From positions 128,001 through 192,000 of the forward strand of contig CBDEUM010000038.1 in assembly GCA_965242925.1 (NCBI GenBank): 64,000 nucleotides of DNA, given 5' to 3'. The position numbers and the translations under genes were made by a program. The stretch is from Roseibacillus sp. (GTDB taxonomy: Bacteria; Verrucomicrobiota; Verrucomicrobiia; Verrucomicrobiales; Akkermansiaceae). The stretch's first letter is position 1. Each line of letters opens with the position of its first letter. Below the pieces are notes generated by a model that was not told the origin of the DNA, did not search any database, and saw only the letters and a program-made list of their open reading frames with translations. This document shows positions 28,306 through 44,619 of the stretch, in pieces.

Positions 28306-28849
28306 ATGGCGGCGAAGGTGCTTTGTAATCCTGGTTGACGGGGTGGAGGAGATCGAGCTGGTCACTCCGGTTGATATCCTGCGACGGGCTGGTGCAGAGG
28401 TCGTGATGGCCACTTCAGGTACCGGGGGAGAGGTAGTGGGGAAAATGGGGATCAGGATCAGAGCCGATGCGTTTCTTTCCGGTATCGATCCCTCGGCGTT
28501 TGATGCCCTCCTTCTGCCGGGTGGTCCGGCAGTGGCCGTGCTCAGGAAAGAGGAGGGGATGGTGTCCCTGGTCCGTTCCTTCGGAGACGCGGGCAAGGTG
28601 GTAGCCGGAATCTGCGCCGCTCCTCTGCTCCTGCACGATGCAGGTCTCCTGGAGGGCAGGCGTTATACCGCTCACTTCACCACTCACAAGGAACTCAAGG
28701 CCGCGGAGGGGGAGGAACGGGTCATCGTCGACGGTTCACTGGTGACTTCCCGGGGAGCGGGAACGGCCGTCGAATTTGGTCTCGCCCTGGCGGCGCTCCT
28801 GGAGGGGAAGGAGGCTGTGAAGGAAGTGGCCGAAGCCATCATGGCCTAG
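28306..28849 (+). CDS. DJ-1/PfpI (YajL/ThiJ-like) protein; apparent +1 insertion at about 28322-28324
   Basis: DGVEEIE, LPGG, GICAAP (catalytic Cys), TSRGAGTA. ATG 28306 gives MAAKVL-VILVDG if one T of CTTT is removed. Confidence 0.85.
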
Positions 28850-28891
28850 GGCTTCGGATGGATGGTGCGGCGGCCGGGGCCGGCCTGTTCC

Positions 28892-33798
<4,907 letters not shown>

Positions 33799-33799
<1 letters not shown>

Positions 33800-36625
33800 C
33801 AGTGATTGAAAATAAACTCCTTGGAATTGAGAATGGCCCAGAAGATATCCTCGAGGACTTCGAGTGGTGGGCTGTCGCCCTTGAGAGCCTCCAGGAGTTT
33901 TGTCTTTTCCGCATCAGTTGGAGCTCGGGAGAGGCAACGGAAGTAGAGGGCCTCGATCACGGCCCCGGGCTCCTCTTTTTCCTTGAGGAGCTTACTGAAC
34001 CACTCCGCCGTTGCGCACGCGATTGTGCACCGCATCGCCATTGAGGAGGTGAAGGGCCTGGGAGAGGTTGGGCTCCATCTTGACCTCGCACGAACAGACC
34101 GTCTGCCGGGTGGCACGACCGAAGGTGGTGAGGAAGTAGGTGGAGGTGTTTCCGTCCGCGATCTGGACGGCGCGAGCTCCGAGGGGAAGTCCGCGGAATT
34201 TGTTGGGAGTCTCAGTAACCTGCGCGAGGGTGTCGAGGAGGACCTCGGCCCGCAAACGCCGGATGAGCGAGTGCGAAAAATTGGTGAGGTCCTTTTCGTT
34301 GGTTTCGTTCGTGCGACTGGAAAGCTGGTAGGTGCGCGAGGTGCAGATATCGTGAACCAGCTTCTTGAAATCATAGTCGTATTCCACGAATTTGGCCGAG
34401 AGGGCCTCAAGCAGTTCCGGGTTGCTGGCGGGATTTGAAATGCGCACGTCGTCAACGGGGTCGGTGATGCCGATTCCGAAGAGGTGTGCCCATACGATGT
34501 TGACCACGTTCTTGGAGAACCACGGATTTTCCCTGGAGGTGAGCCACCCGGCGACCGCTTCACGGCGGGTCTGGTTCTTGATTTCGGCCGGTCCATCGGC
34601 GCCGAGGAACTGGGGAACAGCATTGGCCTTGGTGACCGGGTGGGCGATCTGCCCTCCGCCATCGAAGATGATCTGCTCGTGCGGATCTTCAGCCGGCTTC
34701 TTTCGGATCTGGGCAAAAAGAGCCGCAAAGCCGTAGTAGTCATTCATGGTCCAGCGATCGAAGGGATGGTTGTGACATTGAGCGCACTGGATTCTCGTCC
34801 CCATGAAGACCTGGGCCACGTTCTCGGTACGCTTCTTCACATCGTTCTCGAGTTTGAAGTAGTTGGTGGCCGGGCTCTTGAAGGTCCCGCCCCGGGCGGA
34901 AAGCAAATCGTAGATGATCCGGTTGAAGGGCTGGTTGTTCGCAACCTTGTCCCGCAGCCATTCGTACCAGAGAAGGGCTGACTTGTAACTGACCTGGTTG
35001 GCGTTGTTGCCGGTGGAGCGGATCTGGAGGAGTTCCGCCCACTTCATGACCCACATCTCGGTAAACTCCTTGCGGTCGAGTAATTGAGTGACGAGAGCCG
35101 CCCTCTTTTCGGGATCCTCGTTTTCGAGGAAGATCCTGCGTTCTTCCTCGGTGGGGAGGACGCCCGCGATATCGAGGTAGACGCGGCGCACGAAGACCTC
35201 ATCGCTGCAGAGGTCCGAGGGGTAGATGCGCAGCTTGTGGAGTTTGGCATGGACATGGGTGTCGACGTAGTTGAAGTCCTTGAGCTCGGGCTTCTCATAG
35301 GCGAGGTTGTCCGGGATCACGATGGTCTGGGTTCCCTCGGTGTAGGTATGGAAGCGCGCGAGGAGAAAAGCTTCCCCGCGGTTCTTGGTTGTGGCGACCC
35401 CGGTGGCCTCGTCAATCCCGACGCTGTTGTCGTTTGAGGAACTGAAGCTCGAGAGGTTGGTGACGTCGCGGTCCGTTCCGTCCGAGTAACGGGCGCGGAC
35501 AGTGAGGGGGACCTTTACCTTCTCTCCCTTGAGGACATATTGACTGGGTTCGACATCGATGCCGACAGGCAGGGCAATGTCGTCCTTGTCGTAGGGCACG
35601 CCCGCCTTGATCCAGGAGATGAGCGTTTTTGCATTGGCGGAGTCGAGTTCAAACAGTTTTCCTCCCGTGTGGGGTACCTGTCCGGTGGTCTTGGTCACCA
35701 TGAGGGACTCCGCGGGAAGGGCGAGATTGACACGGCGCCCAGAAAGTTGGCGTGTGATGCGCTGGTGATCGCCCTTCGGATCATAGCCGAAGAGGGAGAG
35801 CATGAACCCGTCCTGTCCCCGTGCGGACCCATGGCAGGATCCCGTGTTGCAGCCTGAAGAGGTCAGGATGGGCATGACGTCAAGCTGGAAGCTGACGGGT
35901 CGCGGCAGGGAGGCGTCTTTCACGGTGACGGGGATCTCCGCCTTCTTGCCACGGAATTCGATAGAGAGGACCGTCTCGCCGTCGGCCTTGGGCTTGAGGA
36001 GGCTGCCTTCCAGGGTGGCGAGTTCCGGATTGGTGAGGCTGAGCTTGGCCCATTCGGTGACGTTACGGGCGGTGGCGTCCTTGTAGTTCCCGATCACCAC
36101 CACGCGGTGGAAGTCGGCTGCGGTCTCAAGGGTAACGCTCCTTGGATAGACCTCCAGTTTGGCCAGGTCGGGGTCAGGTACGTTGGGGTCCTCGGTTGCA
36201 CCGGTGCGGGGCTTGGCGGCAAGAGTTACTCCCTCGGGCCAGCGGGCTCCGGATTCGATCCAGGACTTCAGGATCGCGACCTGGTCCGCGGTGAGTGGTT
36301 CACGGTCGGACTTCTCACTGAGGGGAGGCATGAGGTCATCGTCGTCGGGTGCGAGGATGACGCGCTGAAGCAATTCGGATTCGTCCGGCTTGCCAGCGAC
36401 CAGGGTCTCTCCCGATTCCCCGCCTTTCAGCGCCAGTTCATGAGTGTCGAGACGCAGCTTGCCCTTGTTCTTGGTGCCATTGTGGCATTCGAGGCAGTTT
36501 TGCTCGAGGATGGTCCGGACCTCTTCGAATTCCTTGGAGGAGGGGGGTGCTTCCTCTGCCGCCAGGGAGATGAAGCCCAGGCAGGAAATCCCGCTGGCAA
36601 AGATCGTTGTGAGGAGCAGCTTCAT
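33799..36625 (-). CDS. Cytochrome c + Ig-like (Big_2) + DUF1549 + DUF1553 protein; +1 frameshift near 33995
   Basis: CLECH; GCNTGSCHG; RRVYLDIAG; CAQCHNHPFD; LSQALHLLNG. The C-terminus EDIFWAILNSKEFIFNH is in the adjacent frame. Confidence 0.85.
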
Positions 36626-36635
36626 TCGTTCCGAA

Positions 36636-39100
36636 TCAGTTGGCGTTCTTGCTCTGGAGGCGGAGTTGCTCAAGCCGTGAGAGTCGCTTCTTGACGGGCT
36701 TGGTTTCCGCTGGCTTGGGAGGTTCCTTCTTGGCAACGACCGGTTTCTTGGGTGCCGGCGGAGGGGGGTCGATACGCAGGACTCCACCGCCCATGGCGGT
36801 GCCACGGATGGGGTGACCGTTTTCCGTGATTACGACAGTGCAGAAGATGTTGGAGGTCTTGCCCTTCTTGGATTCCTTGCTGACGGCAAGGGGAAAGGTG
36901 ATTTCCTTGGATTCCTTATTGATGGTGAGTTCCTCGGTGCTCACGCCGTGGGGGAGTCCATTGACATTGATTCTGGCCTCGCCCTCGAATTCCTTGTGGA
37001 TGGCGATCGTGCACACGAGGTCGGTGTTTTGTCCCAGTTCGGTGGCGGCCAATTCGATCTTCCCTCCAACGTAGGGATCTGCGATTTCGATGGGTTGCAG
37101 CTTGGACGAAACAAAGACCGGGCCCTTGCTGCAGGAGGTTTCCCCGGTAACGAATATGCGCCACTTGGCCACGGCGGCGCCTCCATTGGCGTTGATCCCC
37201 ATCACCACTTCGTTCTGTTCCTTGGGAATAGTCACGCTGGAAGGCGCGCTGACGCCGGGAGGGCGCCAGGGCAGGGTGATCTTGATGGCCTCCTTGAATT
37301 CCGGATGGCGCTTGGCCGTGATCTTCAGGTTCATGGTGCCGTTCTTGACGAGAGGGACGGGCGGGACTTCAAGGTTGAGTTCGAAGGGGGCTTCCTCGAT
37401 AACCGCGATGGAAATCCGCTCGTCGTGGTAGCTGTGGAAGGTGCCGGCGTTGTTGACCTCGATGTGGTGAATACTCTCGGTGAAAGGCTCCGGTGAGCCC
37501 GCTCTTGGGATCCTTCACCTGCAGATGGTTAGAGAGCTCCCGCGATTTCGGCCTCGGGAGCAGCCTCGAAGATTACCGGCATGGTGTTGATGCTGCGGGG
37601 GGCGGTGTCGCGATCGAGGGAGACCCCCTGCGGGAGGTTGGCGGCATCCAGGTCGAGATCGCATCCGATGTTGCTGCGACTCAGGTTGACGACGCGTCCC
37701 ACCCGGTTGCCGCGGGGCACACAAATCATCTTCCACTTCTGGCTGTCGTTGCGGGTGGCGTAGGGAAGAGTGGCAGAGAGGGAGGGGTTCCGCGCGGCGA
37801 TCTCGATCCGGTAGGTGTAATCCGGACCACTGTTGTAAAGCTGGTCGCGGATATTGATGTTATAGATGCCGTCCTCGGGAATCTCAAAGTCGAGTTGGCT
37901 GTCGGGGTCTCCGCTTCCTGCATCGTCGTTGTTGCCAATCTGTTTTGAGTCTCCCTCCTTGCGCACGATGATGTAGGGATCGAGTGGAGAGCGGAGTTGC
38001 CGGGCAAAGACGCGGGCGCGCAGTTTCTGTCCCTTCTTGGCGGCAAAGCGGAACCAGTCCTTGTCTTCCTTCTTGGAAACAATCCCGTGGAAGGCGACAG
38101 GGACCGGGGGCGCTTCGGGCGGGGTGGCCTCCTTGCTGCCTTCGTTCGGTTCCACTTCATTATGATAGGGCAGGGGACTGATCCGGACCGGAATGCCGGA
38201 GGGGGCGAACCACTCGCCATTTCTGATGAAAGCACGAAAGCTCTGTTTCTCCTGGGGAATCTCAAGCTTGCTCACCAGGTTGCCGGTGGGGTCGCCCACG
38301 AAGGTGAACTCCAGAGAATCTCCTGGCCGTGCCCCGGGAGGGTAGACTGCGGTGGGGCGGGGAAACTCGCCCACGTGGAGTCGATACTGGCAGGCACCCG
38401 TTCCCTGGTAGGAGGACTCGCGGACCAGCACCGTATAGGGGCCATCTTCCGGCACCACGATGGAAGCCGCACAGTCGCGGAAGAGAAGAGCGGTGTCATC
38501 ACTGGACGCCAGTTCGAAGCGATCCTTGTTGAGGATGGCGACATAAGGATCAAAGAGAATTCTTCCAAGCCGCATGCCTTCCACTTCAACCGAGAGGCGC
38601 TGTCCCTTTTGGCACTGGAGAAGGTAGTAGTCGGCATCCTCGCGGTCAGCCACGCCTTGCACAGTCTGGTTGATCGCAATCTCCTGGGGTTCGTTGAAGT
38701 TGCTGTTGAGGTCACGGCTTCCGTCCTCGCTGCGCTTTTCCATTACGGTGGGATACTGGCCCACCCAGAAACTTCTCTGGTAGGTCACCCCGCCCTTACA
38801 GCGCAGACGCAGGAGGTGTTCGCCAAGGGGCGCATCGGGAGCGATCGTGATGGTGGCCTTGACCGCCTTGTGCTGGTCTCCCGCCTTCTCAAGGTTGGTG
38901 ACCGTGATCCCGGGCTGATAGAGGAGGATTTCCTGTGGTTCGTAGAGGCGGTCGCCATCGAGGTGGAGGGTTATTTCGGTTCCCCGTTGTCCTCCCCGCG
39001 GCTGGATGGTGCCGATGGTTGGGGTGAAGGCGAGGGAAGGGAGAGCCAGAAGGACTGAAGCCAGACCCCCCATGAAGGTCCGGACAGGAAAGGTGTTCAT
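36636..39100 (-). CDS. Pre-peptidase C-terminal (PPC) domain-containing secreted protein; two apparent +1 insertions (about 37484 and 37530)
   Basis: PRGGQRG, EVEPN, DxDxY/F PPC repeats. Corrected junction reads GALYHLQVKDPKSGLTGAFTESIHHIEVNN..., joining ORFs 37529-39100 and 36636-37334. Confidence 0.78.
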
Positions 39101-39197
39101 CGGTGTGGTGTTGTTCCGACTCCCCGGGGAGTCAGGGTGGATTGACTGCGAGCGGTCTCTCAGTGCGTTGGTTCTTCAGGTTAGAGGCGGCGCCTCA

Positions 39198-40532
39198 TTA
39201 CGCTTTCTTCTCGAGAATCTCATCCAGCACGCGTCCACCGTCGACGATTTCGATCGGGCGGTCTCCAGGTGCCATCAGTTCCTTGTCCCCAGTGATGCCA
39301 AGCTGGTTGTAGATGGTCTGGGCAAGATCTTCCACGCCCACCCGGTCTTCTTCGGGTTCGCCCCCGAGGGCATCTGACGATCCGTAGATCATTCCGCGCT
39401 TCACGCCGCCGCCTGCCAGCATGACGGAAAAGACTCGGGGCCAGTGGTCACGGCCGGCATTGTTGTTGATCTTGGGGGTCCGTCCGAATTCGGAGGAGAG
39501 AAGAACCATGGTGGAATCCAGGAGGCCACGTTCATCGAGATCGCTGATGAGGGCCGCGAGGGCCTGGTCGATGGGGGGAAGGTTGCTTTCGATGGCGCCC
39601 TTGATGTTGTCATGGTGGTCCCATCCGCCAGCAGTCATGGAGACGAAACGCACCCCGGCCTCCACCAGGCGGCGGGAGAGGAGCATGCGCTGTCCGGGCG
39701 CGTTGATCCCGTAGCGTTCCTTCATCTTCTGGTCCTCGGCATTCAGGTTGAAGGCTTCACGGGCCTTCTGGGAGGAGATCATGGCGTAGGCGTGCTGGTA
39801 GAACGCGTCCATCGACGCGAGGGCATCGGATTCCTCCAAGGACTTGAAATGGTAGTCAACGGTTTCGAGGAGAGAGCGTCGGCGGTTGAAGCGCTTGTCG
39901 TCGACACCGGAGGGCAGGTTCAGGTCGCGGACCGTGAAGTCCTTGCGACTGGGATCGTTTCCAAGCGCAAACGGTCCGTAGGCGGAGGAAAGGTAGCCGG
40001 AGTTGGCAAAGCTATTAGGAACGCTGGGGATGCAGACGTAGGGAGGAAGGTTGTTGTGAGGTCCAAGTTCATGGGAGACTACCGAACCGAAGGAAGGATA
40101 TTTGAGGGCGGGGGAGGGCTTGTAACCGGTGAACATGTTGTGGGTGCCCCGCTCGTGGGCGGCTTCACCGTGAGCCATGGAGCGGATGACAGTGATCTTG
40201 TCCGCAATCTTGGCGAGATGATCGAGGTGCTGGCTGAACCGTTCGCCCTTGATGGCGGTGTTAACCGTTCCGAGCGGTCCGCGGTATTCGGTCGGAGCGA
40301 GGTATTTTGGATCGAAGGTCTCCTGGTGGGCGGCGCCCCCGGGCAGGAAGATATGGATCACGGATTTCGCCACGCCCTCCTTTGTCTCGTAGAATTTCTG
40401 GGCACCCCGGGCTTCCATTTTAAGCAGTTGGGGCAGGGTAAGGCCGAGGCTGCCGAGCATGCCCACGGAGAGAAATTCGCGGCGTGAATAGTCCTGAGCG
40501 AGCGGGTTGCCGGGACACTGTATATTTTTCAT
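39198..40532 (-). CDS. DUF1501 family protein (Tat-like signal)
   Basis: SRREFL; AKSVIHIFLPGG..HQETFDPK; GGWDHH; SEFGRTP; GRDHWP. Confidence 0.9.
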   Translation of the reverse strand: MKNIQCPGNPLAQDYSRREFLSVGMLGSLGLTLPQLLKMEARGAQKFYETKEGVAKSVIHIFLPGGAAHQETFDPKYLAPTEYRGPLGTVNTAIKGERFSQHLDHLAKIADKITVIRSMAHGEAAHERGTHNMFTGYKPSPALKYPSFGSVVSHELGPHNNLPPYVCIPSVPNSFANSGYLSSAYGPFALGNDPSRKDFTVRDLNLPSGVDDKRFNRRRSLLETVDYHFKSLEESDALASMDAFYQHAYAMISSQKAREAFNLNAEDQKMKERYGINAPGQRMLLSRRLVEAGVRFVSMTAGGWDHHDNIKGAIESNLPPIDQALAALISDLDERGLLDSTMVLLSSEFGRTPKINNNAGRDHWPRVFSVMLAGGGVKRGMIYGSSDALGGEPEEDRVGVEDLAQTIYNQLGITGDKELMAPGDRPIEIVDGGRVLDEILEKKA

Positions 40533-40679
40533 GGTGATCCTACGGTAGAGATGTTAGTCTTCTTTAAAGATTAATCCCAGAAAGTCTAGGCCCTTTCGTG
40601 GGCTACGACCTGGTCAAGGGCTTCCTTTCATGACAGATGCCCTTAGCCAGGCCAAGCCGCAGAGTAGCATTATTCCTGT

Positions 40680-43277
40680 ATGAGCCTCCCTGAAATTCCC
40701 GGCTACCGGATTGACACGTTAATCGGGAAGGGATCGTGCGGTACTGTTTATAGCGCACGGCATGATTCTGGAAGCCTCGTTGCAGTAAAAATTCTGGATC
40801 CGAAGTCGATCAATCCGGAACTGTTGGGCAACCGGGTCAACCGCCTCTATCGGGCCAGTCCACCCAAGACGACGGTCCCGCTGATAGCCCATTCCCTCGA
40901 AAAAGAGCCCTACCTGCTCATTGGCGGCTTGATGGCCGATCGCGTTATCCAGGGGGCCGGGGAGCGGTTTGTCCCCCGGACGTTACAGCTGCAGCTCGGA
41001 GACTACCTGGGCAAGCGCGGATCATGGATGCTGATTCGACGGTTAGCGCAGGTGCTGGCAGAGTTTCACCGCCGTCGGGTGGCTCACGGCAACCTCAAGC
41101 CTGGGAATATCTTTCTTGATTCTGACAACGAGATTCTCCTGTCGGATTACGCCCAGGGGCTCATGCCGGGTCTAAAGGAACTCTCCTACACGGACGCCCT
41201 GCTCTACGCCCCGCCGGAGCAGCTCATGAATCCTGACGGTTATCTGGAAGGAGCCGGCTACGGTTGGGATGTCTATGCCTTCGGGTCGCTGGCCTTCCGC
41301 CTCCTCAACGGGGTCTTTCCGCGCTGCCATGAAACCTTCGAGAAGGTGGCCCCTGCGATGGGCGAGCAGCGCCGTCGTGGCGTGGAGGCTGATTGCGAGC
41401 GTATCGCGGTTAAGCTGGAGAAGACCCAGCTTGCTGAGTGGAAGGGTGTGGCGCCCACGCGGGAGGAGGAAGAAGGTCGACTGATTGTCGAACGCTGCCT
41501 GCAACTTGATGCATGGAAGCGGTATGGGGACATGCGCGAAGTGCTGCGCGCCCTAGAGACCATTGCGAGCTCCCGCCAACAGCGCCTCGCAGTCGAAGCC
41601 GATCAGTGCCGCGTCGAAATCATCGAACGAAGGCAGAAGAAGTGGCGGAGTGCTGCTACGATGGGAATGGCGGCCTGCGTGACTCTGGGAGCGGCGTTGG
41701 CCTACAAGTTGATCAGTCAGAATAAACCCGAACCTCAGGCGGTGGAGGTGGAAGTTGTGAAGCCGGTGGAGGTGGAGCCCGAGGCGGACCCCGAGAAACT
41801 GCGTCAGCAGCACCGGAAATTCCTTGAGATGCTGGCGGATCGTAGCCAGCTCGAGAAGGTGAGCGAGGAGCAGGAGGCTGCGGTCCACGAGATGGCCAAC
41901 GACCTCATGGAGGCGCACAAGCTCAGCGATCAACTCCTGTCCTGGTCCCTTGAGCGGGGGGCAGAGCAACTTCCCACCCTGGAGGGTCGCATGGGTCGAC
42001 TTTCCATGTTGCAGGACAGGCTGGAGCGCCAGCTCGGAGTGCTTGAGCAGTTGCCGGAAGACCTCCGGAAGAACTCGTGGCGCCTGAAACTGGCTCTGGC
42101 CGAGGTGGCTCTCGCCGGTGACAGGCCACAATTGGCCCGTGAGAAGATGCTGGAGGTCCTTGGCGAGGCCGCAGTGACCGATCTTGATACCCAGAAGCGT
42201 CTGGCCCGTACTCGGGTGCTGGTGTGTCTGGTCGGATCGGAGGATCCCGACACTGAAGTGACGCCTGGGGAACTGTCGGAGACTGAAACTGCTCTTGCCT
42301 CCCTACCGGAAGGCGAGCGCGAGACGCGGCGCCTTAGATCGGCCCTGCGGATGGCGGAGGCACGCATGCAGTTCCGTAACGGCGACAACACGGCTGCACT
42401 TGAGATTTACCGCAAGGCCTTCGCGGAAATGAACCAGTTGTGTGAGGAACAGCCTTCTCTCTCAGCCCTTCGTATCTGGCGGGCCCGGGGCTATACCTCG
42501 GCGGCCCAGGCGGCTACGGGAGCCGGCGAAGTGGATGCCGCAATTCTCCTGCGCGAGCAGGCCGCGGTTGAATTGATGGAGTTGCTTGAAGTTCAGCCCA
42601 ACCGGGCCGATGTCCAGGTGGAGCTTTCCGAGGCGCTGGGTGCGATTGCCCAGTCGGCGCTGGAAGAGGGTGAACTGGACCGGGCAGACGATCTCGCAGC
42701 CCGCTCCCTGGAGTTGCTGGAGACCGCGGTGGGCAATCCCGAGGAGCGCGAAGAGGCACTCAATCAACTGGCCTCTCTCAAGAGTGTGCTGGCGGCCTGC
42801 CGGGCGGGGACCGGATATTCCAAGGATGCGCTGCGCCTCGTCCAGGAAGGCCAGGCCCATGCGGAGGCGGCGCTGCGCAGGAATGCCAAGAATCCGGCCA
42901 CGCGGTTTCGTCTGGGGATCCTGGCCTGGCAGCAATGCGGATTGCTGAGCGCCGAGGGGAAGCACGCCGAGGCTCTGCCCCTGGGAGTCAAGGCGCGCCA
43001 GACCTTCATCGATCTCATTGCTCAAAAGGTGAGTTATCCCAGTCAACGCGAAATTAAACGCTCACTGGCTTACCTCACCGGTGATCTTGGCCGGGCTGCC
43101 CATGATGCCCGCAAGGAGGATGAGGCCGTCAATTATCTCCGGGAGTCGGTGACTACCTGGGAGAGTCTCATGGAGAGTGAGGTCGATAATGATGAATTCC
43201 GCGAACAGCATAGCTGGGCCGCACAGGAACTGCGCGAGTTGGGAGTGATTTCGTCGCTGCCGCAGAAGAAGCGATAG
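40680..43277 (+). CDS. Hanks-type Ser/Thr kinase-like protein (degenerate catalytic motifs) with TM helix and TPR-like C-terminus
   Basis: GKGSCG, VAVK, HGNLKPGN, SDYAQG, YAPPEQ, DVYAFG; hydrophobic segment near aa 325-345; helical repeats. Confidence 0.8.
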   Translation: MSLPEIPGYRIDTLIGKGSCGTVYSARHDSGSLVAVKILDPKSINPELLGNRVNRLYRASPPKTTVPLIAHSLEKEPYLLIGGLMADRVIQGAGERFVPRTLQLQLGDYLGKRGSWMLIRRLAQVLAEFHRRRVAHGNLKPGNIFLDSDNEILLSDYAQGLMPGLKELSYTDALLYAPPEQLMNPDGYLEGAGYGWDVYAFGSLAFRLLNGVFPRCHETFEKVAPAMGEQRRRGVEADCERIAVKLEKTQLAEWKGVAPTREEEEGRLIVERCLQLDAWKRYGDMREVLRALETIASSRQQRLAVEADQCRVEIIERRQKKWRSAATMGMAACVTLGAALAYKLISQNKPEPQAVEVEVVKPVEVEPEADPEKLRQQHRKFLEMLADRSQLEKVSEEQEAAVHEMANDLMEAHKLSDQLLSWSLERGAEQLPTLEGRMGRLSMLQDRLERQLGVLEQLPEDLRKNSWRLKLALAEVALAGDRPQLAREKMLEVLGEAAVTDLDTQKRLARTRVLVCLVGSEDPDTEVTPGELSETETALASLPEGERETRRLRSALRMAEARMQFRNGDNTAALEIYRKAFAEMNQLCEEQPSLSALRIWRARGYTSAAQAATGAGEVDAAILLREQAAVELMELLEVQPNRADVQVELSEALGAIAQSALEEGELDRADDLAARSLELLETAVGNPEEREEALNQLASLKSVLAACRAGTGYSKDALRLVQEGQAHAEAALRRNAKNPATRFRLGILAWQQCGLLSAEGKHAEALPLGVKARQTFIDLIAQKVSYPSQREIKRSLAYLTGDLGRAAHDARKEDEAVNYLRESVTTWESLMESEVDNDEFREQHSWAAQELRELGVISSLPQKKR

Positions 43278-43503
43278 CGGAGGAGATTGCCTGCCTCTTT
43301 CGGATTGAGCGGGGAGGTTGAGCAGTCCAGTTCCGGTCGTGGGGGGAATGGACAAAGAGCATTTCCGTTGTTCCGGGAGATCAATGATGGTGTTCCCGGT
43401 CGTTTCCCAGGCCCTGATTTGAGTGGCGCGTTGGATTGCGGAAGCCGGTCTGTCGCTTTTTCGGTTGGCAAGCCCGGGCGCAGGAAGAGGATGATGGGGA
43501 GTC

Positions 43504-44619
43504 ATGAGTGAATTTGCACAACTGAGCCCCCCCGAGCGCATCCTGATGGGCCCTGGTCCGTCCTCTGTTCCGGTTCGGGTGCTGAAGGCCCTGGCGTCGC
43601 CGACGATGGGGCACCTTGATCCGGAATATATCGATGTCATGGATGAGTGCTGCGCCATGTTACGGAGGGTCTTTCGGACCGAGAACGCGCTGACCTTTCC
43701 GGTCTCTGCCACGGGCATGGCGGGAATGGAGGTGATCGCAAGTAATCTGGTGGAGCGGGGTGATGAGGTGATCGTCTGTATCAACGGGGTTTTTGGAGGA
43801 CGAATGAAGGATATCATGGAACGTTGTGGAGCAACTGTGCACACGGTGGAAGCGGAGTGGGGGGAAGTCATCACGGATGAGGCGGTGGGGGAGGCTGTGC
43901 AGGCGCATCCGAAGGCTCGTCTGGTGACCATTGTGCATGCGGAGACCTCAACGGGGGTGCATCAACCGTTGATCGAGATCTCGAAGATGGCACATGAGGC
44001 GGGCATGCTTCTGGCAGTCGATGCAGTGACGTCTCTCGGTGGTCATCCGGTGAATGTCGATGAGTGGGGAATCGATGCCATATTCTCAGGGACACAGAAG
44101 TGTCTGTCCTGTCCCCCCGGGTTGTCGCCGGTCTCGTTTTCGGAGCGTGCAATCACGGTGATGGATGCGCGTGAGAGCAAGGTGCAGAGCTGGTATTTCG
44201 ACGTCTCCATGCTGCGGGACTATTACTCCGGTACCGGCACCCGGGCTTACCATCACACCGCGCCGATCAATATGGTGTATGGTTTGCGGGAGGCTCTGGC
44301 CATCGTGCTGGAAGAGGGGTTGGAGGCGCGCTTTGAGCGGCATCGGGTTATGCACGAGCGCCTGCGGGCCGGGTTGGATCGCCTGGGCATCTCCTACATC
44401 CCGAAGAACTCACTTCACACCCTGAATTGTGTATCAATCCCGGAAGGCGTCGAGGACGGTCCGGTCCGGAGCCGTTTGCTCGACGACTACTCTATCGAGA
44501 TTGGTGCGGGGCTCGGGCCCTTCGCGGGGAAAGCCTGGCGGATTGGGTTGATGGGACATGCGGCAACCCGGCAAAATGTGGACCTGCTGCTGGCAGCGCT
44601 CGGAAAAGTGATGGGATGA
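43504..44619 (+). CDS. Alanine/serine-glyoxylate aminotransferase (class V PLP)
   Basis: [48 protein letters not shown]. Confidence 0.92.
   Translation: MSEFAQLSPPERILMGPGPSSVPVRVLKALASPTMGHLDPEYIDVMDECCAMLRRVFRTENALTFPVSATGMAGMEVIASNLVERGDEVIVCINGVFGGRMKDIMERCGATVHTVEAEWGEVITDEAVGEAVQAHPKARLVTIVHAETSTGVHQPLIEISKMAHEAGMLLAVDAVTSLGGHPVNVDEWGIDAIFSGTQKCLSCPPGLSPVSFSERAITVMDARESKVQSWYFDVSMLRDYYSGTGTRAYHHTAPINMVYGLREALAIVLEEGLEARFERHRVMHERLRAGLDRLGISYIPKNSLHTLNCVSIPEGVEDGPVRSRLLDDYSIEIGAGLGPFAGKAWRIGLMGHAATRQNVDLLLAALGKVMG

Noticed and set aside
43278..43503. Possible glycine riboswitch upstream of the aminotransferase-glc operon
   Set aside because: Could not find the conserved GGAGA...CCGAAG...CUCUCAGG elements.
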